64,000 nucleotides of DNA from an uncultured delta proteobacterium. GTDB taxonomy: Bacteria > Desulfobacterota > Desulfobacteria > Desulfobacterales > UBA2156. Of the stretch, positions 40,213 to 51,089 are shown piece after piece. A model generated the notes under the pieces. The model searched no databases and was not told the DNA's origin. It worked only from the letters and a program-made list of their open reading frames with translations. The position numbers were made by a program, and so were the translations under genes. Location of the stretch: NCBI GenBank assembly GCA_963736855.1, contig CAVTQK010000015.1, positions 544,001 to 608,000 of the forward strand, in the 5' to 3' direction. Position 1 is the first letter of the stretch. Each line of letters begins with the position of its first letter.

Positions 40213-40605
40213 TCAATGGAAGTTTTCTTCCGTGTAAGAGCGGGCTATCCGGTCCATGTACTCCTGGAGAGAATCGAATACCAGGTATTGCTCAATGCTT
40301 TCCCAGGAAATAGCCGTGCTTACCCCTGAAGCCCAGTCGTTGGGTGTGGTTCCTTCGGCGATGCGACCTACCAAGAAGGTTTTGTCGCCCTGGATCTGAA
40401 ATGAGGCATTTTCAAGGACAACAGTCTCTTCTGATGTTCGATTGGAGAGATAAATCAGCACGATTTTATTGGAAAGCTCCGGAAAATAAATTCCCTTCAA
40501 TCTGAATTCCTTTATTCGTTCAAGGGTGGAAAAAACCCTTGGATTCGCTTTGATTCCCGTTTCCGATCTTTTACCTTCGGAAAATTCATCTTTGATATCC
40601 TTCAT
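40213..40605 (-). CDS. Hypothetical protein
   Basis: 130-aa ORF with natural composition; no family recognised. Confidence 0.55.
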   Translation of the reverse strand: MKDIKDEFSEGKRSETGIKANPRVFSTLERIKEFRLKGIYFPELSNKIVLIYLSNRTSEETVVLENASFQIQGDKTFLVGRIAEGTTPNDWASGVSTAISWESIEQYLVFDSLQEYMDRIARSYTEENFH

Positions 40606-40818
40606 ACATCCGATTCCCAGACGTTGACAATAAAAATCGATTCTGGATCTGATGAGTCATTCAGGTGCATTTATTGTTATTTATGAAGACAGAAGGAGTT
40701 CTCGACGTTAAGGTCGCGCATCCAGTTTCTGCAAGGCGAAAAGAATCCGAGCTTCCTTGCATACCCTTTGTGCCGAAAGACAGTCTGGTTTTGAATTTCG
40801 CTTAAAGAAACCAGGAAG

Positions 40819-41559
40819 TCAGTCTAATAATTGAATCAAAGTCTCGGGAGTTCCCGGAGGACCATTTGCGCCTTTGTATTGGAGAAAAACGCCGTCGGAA
40901 AGGCGGAACCAGTAATGCGCGCTCCAGAAGTTTTCGAGCAGGCCCGTGAGAGTGATTCTCAGCTTATGGGCCATCACGGTTTTTCCGGAAACCGCTATGG
41001 TTTCCGGCTCCATACGGACCGCCTTCAACTGGATCGGTTCCAGGTTATCCATGCGGATCATCCAGAAGGTCTCCGTTTCTTTCCCGGATTGTACCATCTG
41101 TCTCAGGGAATAAGAAAGGGCTTGATACCATTCCTCTTCACCGATGTTAATGATTTCGCTGTAGACCTGATTCCGAAAAGTCCCTGAAATATGAATCGCA
41201 GTTTTGATTCGTTTAGCTGTAATCCGAGTTTGGGTGTTTGAAAATATCCATTCCAGAGTTTGACCCCTTGCATCGCAAAGCGTGATGAGGTGGTCACACG
41301 GCTCTTTAATTTGGATTTTAACGGGATTTTGATGTTCCTTTTCCCACGTGTAATCAAAGACGTTCTTCTCTGTAGACTGCCTGTAGCGATATCGTTCCAT
41401 GGTTCGGCTTACCGCTTGTCCGACCATCATTATGAGCATAATTAAGACCGCCATGATGGAAGCGAGGACCTTTACTGATATGCTTGAAGTGATTTCTTTC
41501 ATCGGTAAAAAGCGTTCCAGTTTCATTAAATATTCCGAGTTTCCATCGCAATGCTGCAT
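40819..41559 (-). CDS. Hypothetical exported protein (start likely downstream)
   Basis: Hydrophobic N-terminal segment followed by a beta-rich domain. Confidence 0.6.
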   Translation of the reverse strand: MQHCDGNSEYLMKLERFLPMKEITSSISVKVLASIMAVLIMLIMMVGQAVSRTMERYRYRQSTEKNVFDYTWEKEHQNPVKIQIKEPCDHLITLCDARGQTLEWIFSNTQTRITAKRIKTAIHISGTFRNQVYSEIINIGEEEWYQALSYSLRQMVQSGKETETFWMIRMDNLEPIQLKAVRMEPETIAVSGKTVMAHKLRITLTGLLENFWSAHYWFRLSDGVFLQYKGANGPPGTPETLIQLLD

Positions 41560-42022
41560 CCGCTCTGTTTCGGGCGGAACGAGTTCAGGTGCCTATACCT
41601 TCTTTTCCTATGCGCATCAACATGAAAAGAGTTTCAACGTATCATCATCCAACCGAAAATGCAGTTTTTCATAACGACTGTAGATGGCGAATCGCCATTG
41701 AGGGGATGGAAGCCGATTGAGTGAGCCCCGGACCATGGGCAGCGCCGCTGCCTTTACATGGTTCCAGACTTAAATGTTTTGTAAACTTCCCTTCCAAGGC
41801 CCTTTGATGCGCAAAGCCATCATGACTGGAAAAAGCATAATCGTTAAGTCCGGTTTCTACCGAGATGCTTTTTTGACCGAAGAGTTTGCAAAGCAATCGG
41901 TAACATGGTGCGTGCTTGCAAATCGACTCTTTTCAGCGGGGCTTTTTTTTCGCGTTGACGGTGACCGGGAAAAAATGAGGAACGCTTCGTGGTTGCGACC
42001 GTCATCGCCCAAAGCAATCGAC

Positions 42023-43003
42023 TCACTTGGGGGTTTCAGCTTTTTTCAGATCCTCGACAAAAGATGAAATGTCCTGGATTTGGGGTTTTGCGATGAGAAA
42101 GGGATAGGCGTTATCGGAAGAGGTTCCCGACCGATTCTGTTGATCCTTATCATCCTTTTTAAAAAGCTTCAGGATATGTTCCTTATCCGCCTTGACGGTA
42201 ATTTCGATTTCCGGGTCCTTGAAATCCTCCACTTTAAAACCTTCCAGGTACTTTTGACATCGGAGGCCGACTAAGCCTGAAAGGAGGCGCTTGACTTTCG
42301 CTTCGTTCATGGGCCTGCCGCCCTCGGTCTCCCATACAAAATTTTGCTTTTCCGGAGACTGAGGCTCTGTCTTGGGTATATCCGTGTTTTCTTTTGGTCG
42401 ATTTTCAGCTTTCAGCTTTTTCGTGATCATCACCGATTTTCCGTTGAGCATGATGGAAAATTCTTGAACACGCGTCGTATCGAAAGACAAAACGGTCCGG
42501 TCGCGGAGGTCGTCCACCGTCACGTCGAATTTGGATTTCAAATTACCCTGAGCCTGATACACATTAGGATCCCCGGAAATTTTTACATGCGTATGGCGAA
42601 AGGTCGATGCTGTGCTCCCGATCTCGAAATCCCGCTTTACGGCGTCGCCGGTAAAGGCTTTCACATGGATCTTCTTGTCGTCGCCGAGATCATACCGAGA
42701 GTAATTTTTCGACTCGGAGACCCGTGCCACAAAAGAGAGCTTCGCCGTCGAATCCAAGATGCCGGCGGCTTTTTCCCCGTCGGCCGGGAAATCCCCGGGA
42801 AAAAGATGCCAGCGGTCTTCCATTTTGTTCAGTGAAATGGTTTTGTCCCCCTTAGTGATCTCGACTCCTGTCAAGGCGGTCCCTGTAACTTCGGTCAGCT
42901 GCGGCAGAGCATATCGGGTGCGGTCCGTCTCGCGAAGCATCAAATAAGTGAGCACGCCCACGATGACTGCACCAATAAGAAGATATTCGACATTCTTTTT
43001 CAT
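42023..43003 (-). CDS. DUF4340-like periplasmic protein
   Basis: N-terminal TM, FPAD, YDLG, LRDRTVL; last gene of the Gld-like ABC operon. Confidence 0.75.
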   Translation of the reverse strand: MKKNVEYLLIGAVIVGVLTYLMLRETDRTRYALPQLTEVTGTALTGVEITKGDKTISLNKMEDRWHLFPGDFPADGEKAAGILDSTAKLSFVARVSESKNYSRYDLGDDKKIHVKAFTGDAVKRDFEIGSTASTFRHTHVKISGDPNVYQAQGNLKSKFDVTVDDLRDRTVLSFDTTRVQEFSIMLNGKSVMITKKLKAENRPKENTDIPKTEPQSPEKQNFVWETEGGRPMNEAKVKRLLSGLVGLRCQKYLEGFKVEDFKDPEIEITVKADKEHILKLFKKDDKDQQNRSGTSSDNAYPFLIAKPQIQDISSFVEDLKKAETPK

Positions 43004-43047
43004 CCGATGCTTTCCCCCAACTCATGCATCATGTAAATTTCTTTGGG

Positions 43048-45252
43048 TCATTGAAACATTTCCTGGATCCGCTTTTTTCTTTGAGTCCGTCGGAACCAGA
43101 TTCCCAGGCCGAAAAAGATTACTAAAACCGGAAGCCCGATCACCATGACACTCTTAATGGCGGTTTTGGTGAATCCGCTGGTTTCGCGTAGGGGATTAAA
43201 ACGCGCCTCTTTTCCCCGCAAAACAGCGATTTCCTCACGGTTGTTGAGGTAATCCAAGAGGTTCATAATAAAAACCGCATTTTCGGTTTTACCCTCAGGA
43301 TCGAGGACATTGTCCTTGAGCATATCCGAGGAGGCCATAACGAATATCCTGGCCGGCTTTCCCCTGGCCAGGAACGCCTTCTCCGGTTCGATACGGGTCA
43401 GGTCCGGACCTTTTTCGGATAGGGCCTTCCCGGAGGTGTTGTTTTTCTCGTCTTTCTTTTTCCCTTCCCCGGCTTCCTCCGGTGCTGCGGGCTTTTCGGG
43501 GATGGGTTTTCCGGCAAAAAAGCTGGGGAATTCGCCTTCCAAAAGATAAGCCAGGGCCTTTTTCTCCTTTTCTTCCGCGGACGCAGGAGGACGGAGGAGC
43601 ATGGGGTTAAGGACGATCCGCTCCTTCATTTCCCATGATTGGTCCGAGGAAGACAGAAGTCGAAGTGCTCGGATGCCGTTTTCCTGAAGTCGCTTTTCAT
43701 CCAGCACAAGCGGTGAGACTTTGACGGTCACCAGGCCCTTGATGGATTTCATGAATTTTCGGCTTTTGTCGATATTCTCATCTTTGATGATGGGCGCAAA
43801 GTACAAGGGTTGCTGACCCCCGCCGAATTCCCGGGATACGGTTTGCTTGTAACAGTTTTCATCCAGAACCAGGGATTTCTTCAGGGTAACTCCCCAGTGG
43901 GAGAGGAGCTTTTCGAGGCCCGAATCGAAGGGCACAAAACCCTGCCCGCCGCCGAGCATCATGGATTGTTGATCTCTTGATTCTTTCAGCGCGTCCGGAA
44001 AAAGCATGAGGCTGGTTCCCCGCATCAGAGCCTGATCGATCTGGAATAAAGCGTAGTCGGAAAGAGGCTCTGTGGGGGCTGCGATCACCAGGCAACCCAA
44101 GTTTGCAGGGATCGGTTCGTCCTTGACCCGGATTGACTTTACGGCGTAGTTCTGGGAAGCCAGGTTCGAGAAGCTCGACAGGTCATCAGTGCTCCTTTGC
44201 CCGCCAAAGCCGCTTCCGAACGGGGAGGGAGTGCCATGATCGGCCATATATCCGAGATCTGCGTTGATGTTGATCAGCCGCTCGATTCCGGCATTGAGCA
44301 TCTCTTCCACCCGGCGGAGGTCGGCCAATTCATAGCGAGTCCCGATGATGGGAATACGCATCACGTTCAAGAGCGGCAGATCCGCGGTCTTATCGCCATG
44401 GGTCATCACCAGCCCGATGGCACCACTTCCGGCCTCGATTTTTCCGTTAAGAAGGGTGGGCCACTTCAGTTGCATGACGTTAGCGGTCTTCAGAATCGTT
44501 TCGGCATCCGGATCCCGCGTGGGATCCACATGGATGTACTCGAGCTTCTGATAAAGCTTGGCATTGAGCCTCTCCACCATATCCCCAATCGCCTTGGGAT
44601 AGTCTGCAAGGTTCTTGATTCCCATGTGAGGAGCCACCGGTTCCAGTGAAGAAGAGAGGATCAAACTGACGCGCACCTTTTCCTTAAGGTTTAAAAGGGC
44701 ACTGACTTTGTTGTTAAGCTTTTGAATGGCGGTTGTCAGGCGATATTCCAGATCATCGGTGGCGGTGATGGCGGGGATACGCTCCACGATATCGCCGTGG
44801 ATCATGGCCAACCCCATGAAGGCTTTCTTGAACTTGATCTCATCCTGTTCCACCATTTGAATCTGGAGAGGATGAATTCCATAGGCATCCGCCATTTTCC
44901 GATTTTCGCTGCTCCGGGTGTCAGTCCCTTCTCCTTCGGGGTTCACATCGAAAAACCGATAGTTGAAATAGCGGTTGGCCGAGGCGGCATAGGCTTCCAG
45001 CAGGTCCCTGAGATATCGCTCGGTTTGGTTGTGGGGAGCCGGAAGATTTTTGGTGAAAAAAACGTGTATGGTAAGCGGTTCCGACAGGGTGGAGACCACC
45101 TTTCGGCTGACTTGAGAAAGTGAAAAAACGCGGTTTTGGGTAAGGTCCGCCCTGAAAAACAGGGTAATCCCCGCAACGTTGATCAGCACCACGGCAATTC
45201 CGTAAAGCAAAAATTTAGCGTATTTCCCGGCTGTTTTCATTTCGATCATCAT
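43048..45252 (-). CDS. GldG-like ABC transporter auxiliary component
   Basis: RADLTQNRVFSLS, LEYRLTTAIQKL, C-terminal TM. Confidence 0.8.
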   Translation of the reverse strand: MMIEMKTAGKYAKFLLYGIAVVLINVAGITLFFRADLTQNRVFSLSQVSRKVVSTLSEPLTIHVFFTKNLPAPHNQTERYLRDLLEAYAASANRYFNYRFFDVNPEGEGTDTRSSENRKMADAYGIHPLQIQMVEQDEIKFKKAFMGLAMIHGDIVERIPAITATDDLEYRLTTAIQKLNNKVSALLNLKEKVRVSLILSSSLEPVAPHMGIKNLADYPKAIGDMVERLNAKLYQKLEYIHVDPTRDPDAETILKTANVMQLKWPTLLNGKIEAGSGAIGLVMTHGDKTADLPLLNVMRIPIIGTRYELADLRRVEEMLNAGIERLININADLGYMADHGTPSPFGSGFGGQRSTDDLSSFSNLASQNYAVKSIRVKDEPIPANLGCLVIAAPTEPLSDYALFQIDQALMRGTSLMLFPDALKESRDQQSMMLGGGQGFVPFDSGLEKLLSHWGVTLKKSLVLDENCYKQTVSREFGGGQQPLYFAPIIKDENIDKSRKFMKSIKGLVTVKVSPLVLDEKRLQENGIRALRLLSSSDQSWEMKERIVLNPMLLRPPASAEEKEKKALAYLLEGEFPSFFAGKPIPEKPAAPEEAGEGKKKDEKNNTSGKALSEKGPDLTRIEPEKAFLARGKPARIFVMASSDMLKDNVLDPEGKTENAVFIMNLLDYLNNREEIAVLRGKEARFNPLRETSGFTKTAIKSVMVIGLPVLVIFFGLGIWFRRTQRKKRIQEMFQ

Positions 45253-45259
45253 GGATCCT

Positions 45260-45964
45260 TTATTGTCGGTTCTGCAAGGTCAGGGTTGCGGCATAAAGGC
45301 CGATAAAAACGACACTCGCGAAATAGAGGATGTCCCTGGAATCGATCACTCCTTTGGCAATGGAATCAAAGTGAGTGCCGGCTCCAAGATAGGCGATGAC
45401 GCCCAACAGGGAATCCGGAAAGAAAAAAAGCATCTTATCGATGACGGTCATGGAAAAGCAAATCAGGGCTCCCACGATGAAGGCGATAATCTGGTTTCGG
45501 GTCAGCGCCGAGGCAAAAAGCCCGATTGCGGAAAATGCTGCCCCCAAAAGGAGGGCTCCGGCGTACCCGCCAACCACCGGACCCCAGTCGAGGCCTCCAA
45601 GAAAGGAGATGACCAGAGGATATGCCAAAGTGGGGGCGAGGGTCGCTGCCACAAACAGCACGGCAGCTAAAAACTTGCCCACGACGATGTCCGAAAAGCT
45701 CACGGGGAGGGTGAGCAGGACTTCAAAAGACCCCACGCTGAGCTCTTCGGAAAACAACCGCATGGTCACCGCCGGAATGACAAAGGAAAAGGCCATGGGG
45801 AGCAGGCTGAAGAAGCTGCGCATGTCCGCATGGTTGAACAGGAAAAAAGTGGTAAAAAAAATCCAGCCCGTCACCAGAAGAAAAACCGAAATAACAATAT
45901 AGGCTATGGGGGAGACAAAGTAGTCCTTGACTTCTTTTGCCACGATGCTGGCAAGGGGTCTCAT
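45260..45964 (-). CDS. GldF-like ABC-2 permease
   Basis: YFVSPIAY, PAVTMRLFSEE...G..EVLLTLP, TRNQIIAF. Confidence 0.85.
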   Translation of the reverse strand: MRPLASIVAKEVKDYFVSPIAYIVISVFLLVTGWIFFTTFFLFNHADMRSFFSLLPMAFSFVIPAVTMRLFSEELSVGSFEVLLTLPVSFSDIVVGKFLAAVLFVAATLAPTLAYPLVISFLGGLDWGPVVGGYAGALLLGAAFSAIGLFASALTRNQIIAFIVGALICFSMTVIDKMLFFFPDSLLGVIAYLGAGTHFDSIAKGVIDSRDILYFASVVFIGLYAATLTLQNRQ

Positions 45965-45965
45965 A

Positions 45966-46904
45966 TTAATCCTCTCGAGTGAGTTCTCGGAATATGGTTT
46001 CCAGGTTTTGAGTTTTAAGATGCAGATCGATCAAGATCCAGTCGGTCTGTTTGACGGCCTGATAAATGGCTTCCCTCGGGTCGGATCCCTCGCGGCACGT
46101 AACCGCAAGATAGAGGGCTCCATCCCCCGATTGACTGCTCTCCTGCACGTCCAGGACTCCGTCGATAGCCTTGAGCCTTTCTATGGCCGCTTCGGCGGAT
46201 GCCTGGCGTAAGGAGAGGGTGACGACCTGCTTGAGGCCTGAGATTTCCTGTAGGCTCTTGGTGTCGTCGTCGGCCACGATTTTTCCCCGGTGGATGATGA
46301 TCACACGATCGCATGTGGCCTCCGCTTCACTCAAAATATGGGTGGACAGGACGATGGTCTTTTCTTTGGCCGCTCGCCGGATGATATCCCGGATTTCCAC
46401 GATCTGGTTCGGATCGAGCCCGGAGGTGGGTTCGTCGAGGACTAATATTTCCGGGTCACTCATCATGGCGTGGGCCAGGCCCACTCGCTGTTTCAAACCC
46501 CGTGAAAGCTCTCCGATGGAAAAATGCATGATTTCTCTGAGGCCGCAAAGCTCGGACAATTCCCGGATTCTGTCGTGCCGCCGCTTGTCTTCCAACCCAC
46601 GAACGCGGGCCACATACTCGAGATAGTCGTAGACCAACATGTTCCGGTACAATGGTGCCGACTCGGGCAAATATCCCATCAGGTGCTTGATGGCGATGAG
46701 ATCGCTGCGGATGGAAAAATCCTTGATCTTGATGTTTCCGGAAGTGGGGGGAAGGTATCCGGTAAGCATCCGCAATGTGGTTGTTTTCCCGGCGCCGTTG
46801 GGGCCCAGGAGCCCTACGATCTCCCCTTTTTGAATCGAGAAATCAATTCGGTTTACCGCGCAAAATCCGTCATAATATTTGGATAAATTTTCAACCTCGA
46901 TCAC
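45966..46904 (-). CDS. GldA-like ABC ATPase
   Basis: GPNGAGKTT, LSRGLKQR, LDEPTSGLDPNQ. Confidence 0.9.
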   Translation of the reverse strand: MIEVENLSKYYDGFCAVNRIDFSIQKGEIVGLLGPNGAGKTTTLRMLTGYLPPTSGNIKIKDFSIRSDLIAIKHLMGYLPESAPLYRNMLVYDYLEYVARVRGLEDKRRHDRIRELSELCGLREIMHFSIGELSRGLKQRVGLAHAMMSDPEILVLDEPTSGLDPNQIVEIRDIIRRAAKEKTIVLSTHILSEAEATCDRVIIIHRGKIVADDDTKSLQEISGLKQVVTLSLRQASAEAAIERLKAIDGVLDVQESSQSGDGALYLAVTCREGSDPREAIYQAVKQTDWILIDLHLKTQNLETIFRELTRED

Positions 46905-47107
46905 GAGGCACCCTCCTTTTTTAAACGAATGTGAAAAATCGGAAGCTTTCTTTATCAGCCCGTGCGTTTCGGGTCAAGTCCGATACGGTTTTTTTATCCT
47001 AACCTCTTTTGTCCGGTCAAAACCGATGGGCAAAGAATCCTCTGGTCCCCTGTCGCCTTCGGGCCAGGGAAGACCGGAAACCGTATGATTGTTCTTTCAT
47101 TTCTTAT

Positions 47108-47755
47108 TCAGGATGCCAGCGGCTGGGAGATTCCGAATCGGATCCATTTGAAGCGGTGCTGATCTTGAGAAGTGACCTTTTTGCCGATGCGAGCCATGAA
47201 GAGATTTTCAGATCGGATACAGATGTTGGGTTCATTGGTTTCAAAGACGTCAAAACCGAAAGGATTGAACAACCGAATCAGCATCATCCGATACTGCTGG
47301 GCATTCATTCCGGAGCTATCCAAATCCCACGTCCAGGAGTAGCCCACCATATAGGCCACCATCTCTTCGATGCGAGGGTGATCCAGGGCAAGCTTGAGGA
47401 TTTTCCCGGCCACCCGGTAGGAACGCCAGCTTCGGCATACTTCGACAACATTGATTTCCATCATCTTTCCCGGTCCCAGGGCGGCCCACCGCTCATCGGG
47501 TTCCGGATGATCCAGGACTCCGAACCCGATGATGTGTTTTTGGATCGATAGAGCCAACGTTACGTTGGTGTCCGGAGTTTCGGCTTTTTTTTCGAGAGTC
47601 TCCCGCTTGGTGTAAAGAGACTTGTATTGCGCATATGTTCTGAATTCATCGTCGAAGATATGTTCACGGATCTGTTCAGGTGTGCAAAAGGAACGCACCC
47701 GGATGTTTCCTTTGGGCGTGGGCCATAGAATTTCTTTTTGAAAGGGAGTAGACAT
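47108..47755 (-). CDS. AcuA-like GNAT protein acetyltransferase
   Basis: PEPDERW, VEVCRSWR, YSWTWDL, NLFMARIG resemble the AcuA family. Confidence 0.7.
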   Translation of the reverse strand: MSTPFQKEILWPTPKGNIRVRSFCTPEQIREHIFDDEFRTYAQYKSLYTKRETLEKKAETPDTNVTLALSIQKHIIGFGVLDHPEPDERWAALGPGKMMEINVVEVCRSWRSYRVAGKILKLALDHPRIEEMVAYMVGYSWTWDLDSSGMNAQQYRMMLIRLFNPFGFDVFETNEPNICIRSENLFMARIGKKVTSQDQHRFKWIRFGISQPLAS

Positions 47756-47775
47756 CAAAGAATCGATCAATCTAA

Positions 47776-48330
47776 CTAGAAGTCTCCCCAGTTCTTGTGA
47801 AGCCGTTTGATCATAATGATCAAATGGTGACGGCATCCTTGCGGGTCTTTCACGTAGTCCTCCAGGACGGCACGTTTGAAAAAGTCCAGCTTTACGGCGG
47901 AGTCAATCGCTGCATCTTCGATGCCGGAAATGAAATCGGCCCTGAGCTCGGAGAGGCCTTTATCCATGGCCAGCTGAATGAGGTCGAGGAGCATCCATGT
48001 GCCGAGGCGCTTGTGCCGATACTCGGGCAGTACCATGATGCGCAGCCGACCCATATGGGCGGTACACCCGAATCCTCTCATGTGAAAAGAGGCATGCGCG
48101 ATAATCTCTTCATCGGAAAGCGCCACCATCGAATAGACGGTTCCGGTTCCGATACCGTCGATCCATTTTCGAATGACCGAAGGATCCATTACATCGTAAA
48201 GCATGAACCACCGGTCGGATTCGGGAATGCGGGCGTAAAATTCCCGCAGGGCCGCTTCGTCGCTTTTTTCCAGGTGTCGGATGACGGCTTCATGGCCGTC
48301 TTTCAGGATAATTTCCTTTGGATATCGCAT
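47776..48330 (-). CDS. GNAT family N-acetyltransferase
   Basis: VLPEYRHKRLGT acetyl-CoA binding motif. Confidence 0.85.
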   Translation of the reverse strand: MRYPKEIILKDGHEAVIRHLEKSDEAALREFYARIPESDRWFMLYDVMDPSVIRKWIDGIGTGTVYSMVALSDEEIIAHASFHMRGFGCTAHMGRLRIMVLPEYRHKRLGTWMLLDLIQLAMDKGLSELRADFISGIEDAAIDSAVKLDFFKRAVLEDYVKDPQGCRHHLIIMIKRLHKNWGDF

Positions 48331-48503
48331 CCGTCCTCCATGACATCAATGGCGATCAAGCGATAAATCAATAGCGCTTGATGGATTGAAAAAGGGAAAA
48401 TTTAAAAGAACAGTAAACGGGAAAGCTTGTCGCGTTTCAATTCTAAAAAACAAAGTCAAGTCTTTTGTAAGTGCTATCATTGAGGATCCTATCAGGATCG
48501 GGT

Positions 48504-49982
48504 TTACAATTCAATTTTTGGACCCCATGCGGCAAGATAGTCCTGGATGCGAAGTTTGCGGGCGGTATTTTTCGAACTCATATAGCGGACTTTGCCGAAA
48601 ATGGGACGCTCCGGACCCCATGGCCGGTCGTACCGACCCAGGCACCAAAAGATGCCGCTGTAGGAATTGGGATCGCGGCCGTCCAGGGCGTATTTGTTGT
48701 TGAGCTCAATCATTACCTCAACAGCCTCCCGAGGGGACAAAGACCACTCCAGGATCTTTTTTCCCCAAAGCATCCGAAGGTAGTTATGAATGCGACCCTC
48801 CCTTAAAAGCTGCCTCTGGGCGGCGTTCCAGAGGGGATCATGGGTTAGGGCATCCTCCAGTGCATCCTTATTGTAGAGATACGGACGCCGGTCCGTTTCG
48901 TGGGTCAAAAGCGTTGCTTTTGCCCAATCCGGAAGCGACTCGTATTGCGCATAATCTTTCCGGAAAACGCACATGTTGTATCCCAGCTCCCGCCAGGTGA
49001 CCAGTTCATCCAGGAAGGCCTCTGCAGAGGCGCGCATTCCCCACCAGCCGGATTTACTCCCTGTAGCCTTCTCGGAGAGCTTATGAAAAAACCACTCCTC
49101 TGAATCGGCTATTTCCTGAAAAACCTCGTGGGCTGAAATATGTCCGAAATGCAAATAGGGGGAGAGGCCCGAGGCGGCATCCTCGTCCGGGTGGTTGCGA
49201 TCGGTTTCATAACCTGAAAGGCTTCGATCGATGAATTCCAAAAGCCGCTTTCTTGCTTCCCGTGCCCCTCCCTTCAGATGAGACGGCGGGACGTTGTGAT
49301 TGATGGGGAATCGGCCAAGATCTACCTCTCCGTTTTCTATAAGATTCAAGGTCTCCGGCCAGCGCTTCAAAATCGTTTCGGGAAGCGCGCCCGCCACCGG
49401 CAGGCGCAACCCTTTCAAGGGGTCGATTTCCGGGCACGCCACAAGATGATCCGGAAGGACTTTTTGGAGAAGGCGCCTGAACGCAAATGCCGTGGGATAG
49501 GTTCGATCCGTACCTCTTAAAGGGAGAAGCCCGTTGGAGTCCACCGCCTCCAATTTAACGGGGATCTTTTTTGAAGCCACATCAACCATTTTGGGAAGAA
49601 AGAAGGCCGGAAAGTCGTCGGTGATCACGATGCAAGCTTCTTTGGCCAGGTTGGCCAGTAGCCCTTTTCCCGCATCTGCCTGCGGTTCCACGTAGGGGTA
49701 GTAGTGCACAAAGCCGCGGTTTTGTAACATCCGGATGTTATCCGCCATTCCGTCTATGATGAAACGATGGAAGCGGTCGCTGGCCCAGGGGTAACCGGAA
49801 CGAAGGGCTTCCAGGATGACGATAGGCTTTTTAAGCTGAACGGCCCATTCCACGGTTCGCTGGAGACTGAAGTTGCATCGGACGCGGCGGTTGGCGATCA
49901 TCCAGTACAGGATGTAACACCCTTTGTCGTTGACGGATGCTTCATTGATTTTTCGGATGCGGATGGAAGGAACAGCGTTCAT
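48504..49982 (-). CDS. phrB: Deoxyribodipyrimidine photolyase (class II-like)
   Basis: YILYWM, SGLSPYLHFGHIS, THDPLWNAAQ, HNYLRMLWGKKILEW, DGRDPNSY, ERPIFGKVRYM. Confidence 0.9.
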   Translation of the reverse strand: MNAVPSIRIRKINEASVNDKGCYILYWMIANRRVRCNFSLQRTVEWAVQLKKPIVILEALRSGYPWASDRFHRFIIDGMADNIRMLQNRGFVHYYPYVEPQADAGKGLLANLAKEACIVITDDFPAFFLPKMVDVASKKIPVKLEAVDSNGLLPLRGTDRTYPTAFAFRRLLQKVLPDHLVACPEIDPLKGLRLPVAGALPETILKRWPETLNLIENGEVDLGRFPINHNVPPSHLKGGAREARKRLLEFIDRSLSGYETDRNHPDEDAASGLSPYLHFGHISAHEVFQEIADSEEWFFHKLSEKATGSKSGWWGMRASAEAFLDELVTWRELGYNMCVFRKDYAQYESLPDWAKATLLTHETDRRPYLYNKDALEDALTHDPLWNAAQRQLLREGRIHNYLRMLWGKKILEWSLSPREAVEVMIELNNKYALDGRDPNSYSGIFWCLGRYDRPWGPERPIFGKVRYMSSKNTARKLRIQDYLAAWGPKIEL

Positions 49983-50138
49983 GGGGATCTCGTTTTTAGA
50001 GGGACACAAATGCTTTTCCCAAGCTAAGATGTGGGCTAAAATCATAAGCGTTTATCCGCTGTTCGTCAACGGCTCTTTTTCGGTTGCTCGGGGGATGTGG
50101 ATGCTGATAAATTGTTGAAAACAGAAGGCGAAAAAATA

Positions 50139-51089
50139 ATGGAAGAAACCATCAAACTCGGCGTGAGTCAGTGTCTCTTAGGAGAGAAGGTCCGCTACGA
50201 CGGAGGTCATAAGCTTGACCGGTTCATCAAAGACACCCTGGGACAATACGTGCAGTATATGACGGTCTGCCCGGAGGTAGAATGCGGTCTCGGGATTCCC
50301 CGGGAGGCGATGCGTCTTGTGGGTACGCCGGATGCGCCACGGTTGGTCACTATCCGGAGTCGCAAGGATCATACGGATCGGATGATGGAATGGGCCAAGA
50401 GCCGAGTGATCGAATTGGAGAAAGAAAATCTTTGCGGGTATATATTTAAGAGCAATTCGCCTTCAAGCGGCATGGAACGTGTCAAGGTTTACACGGATGA
50501 GGGAATACCGACAAAATCGGGAAGAGGGGTTTTTGCCGGCATATTCATGGACCACTTTCCTCTGATTCCGGTGGAAGACGACGGTCGCCTCCACGATCCG
50601 GTCCTGCGAGAAAACTTCATCGAACGGATTTTTGCGATGAGACGATGGCGGGGGGTACTTTCCGGCAAAAAGATGTTAGGAGATCTGGTGGCTTTTCATA
50701 CCGTCCATAAACTCCTGGTTTTGTCTCATAGCGAGAAGCACCATCGGCAAATGGGAAAGCTGGTTGCTGCAGGAAAAAAGATACCCGTTGAGGAAATGTT
50801 CAAACAGTATGAAGTCCTTCTCATGGAAGCGCTTTCCTTAAAGGCCACATTGAGCAAAAACACCAATGCCCTGCAGCACATGATGGGTTATTTCAAGAAG
50901 CAGCTGAGCTCGGACGAAAAGAAAGAACTGCTCGATGTCATCGGCCAGCATAAGCAAGGCTACATTCCGTTGATTGTCCCCGTGACGCTCATCAAACACT
51001 ACACGAGGAAATACGATCAGCCTTACCTTAAAGACCAGGTTTACCTGAATCCGCACCCCATCGAACTGAAGTTAAGAAATCATGTCTGA
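50139..51089 (+). CDS. ybgA: YbgA-family (DUF523+DUF1722) protein
   Basis: CLLGEKVRYDGGHK, CPEVECGLGIPRE, SPSSG, EDDGRL, YLNPHP. Confidence 0.88.
   Translation: MEETIKLGVSQCLLGEKVRYDGGHKLDRFIKDTLGQYVQYMTVCPEVECGLGIPREAMRLVGTPDAPRLVTIRSRKDHTDRMMEWAKSRVIELEKENLCGYIFKSNSPSSGMERVKVYTDEGIPTKSGRGVFAGIFMDHFPLIPVEDDGRLHDPVLRENFIERIFAMRRWRGVLSGKKMLGDLVAFHTVHKLLVLSHSEKHHRQMGKLVAAGKKIPVEEMFKQYEVLLMEALSLKATLSKNTNALQHMMGYFKKQLSSDEKKELLDVIGQHKQGYIPLIVPVTLIKHYTRKYDQPYLKDQVYLNPHPIELKLRNHV

Noticed and set aside
41775..41860. GCGCAAAGCC motif reminiscent of a c-di-GMP-I riboswitch
   Set aside because: The GNRA tetraloop stem and receptor arrangement are missing.
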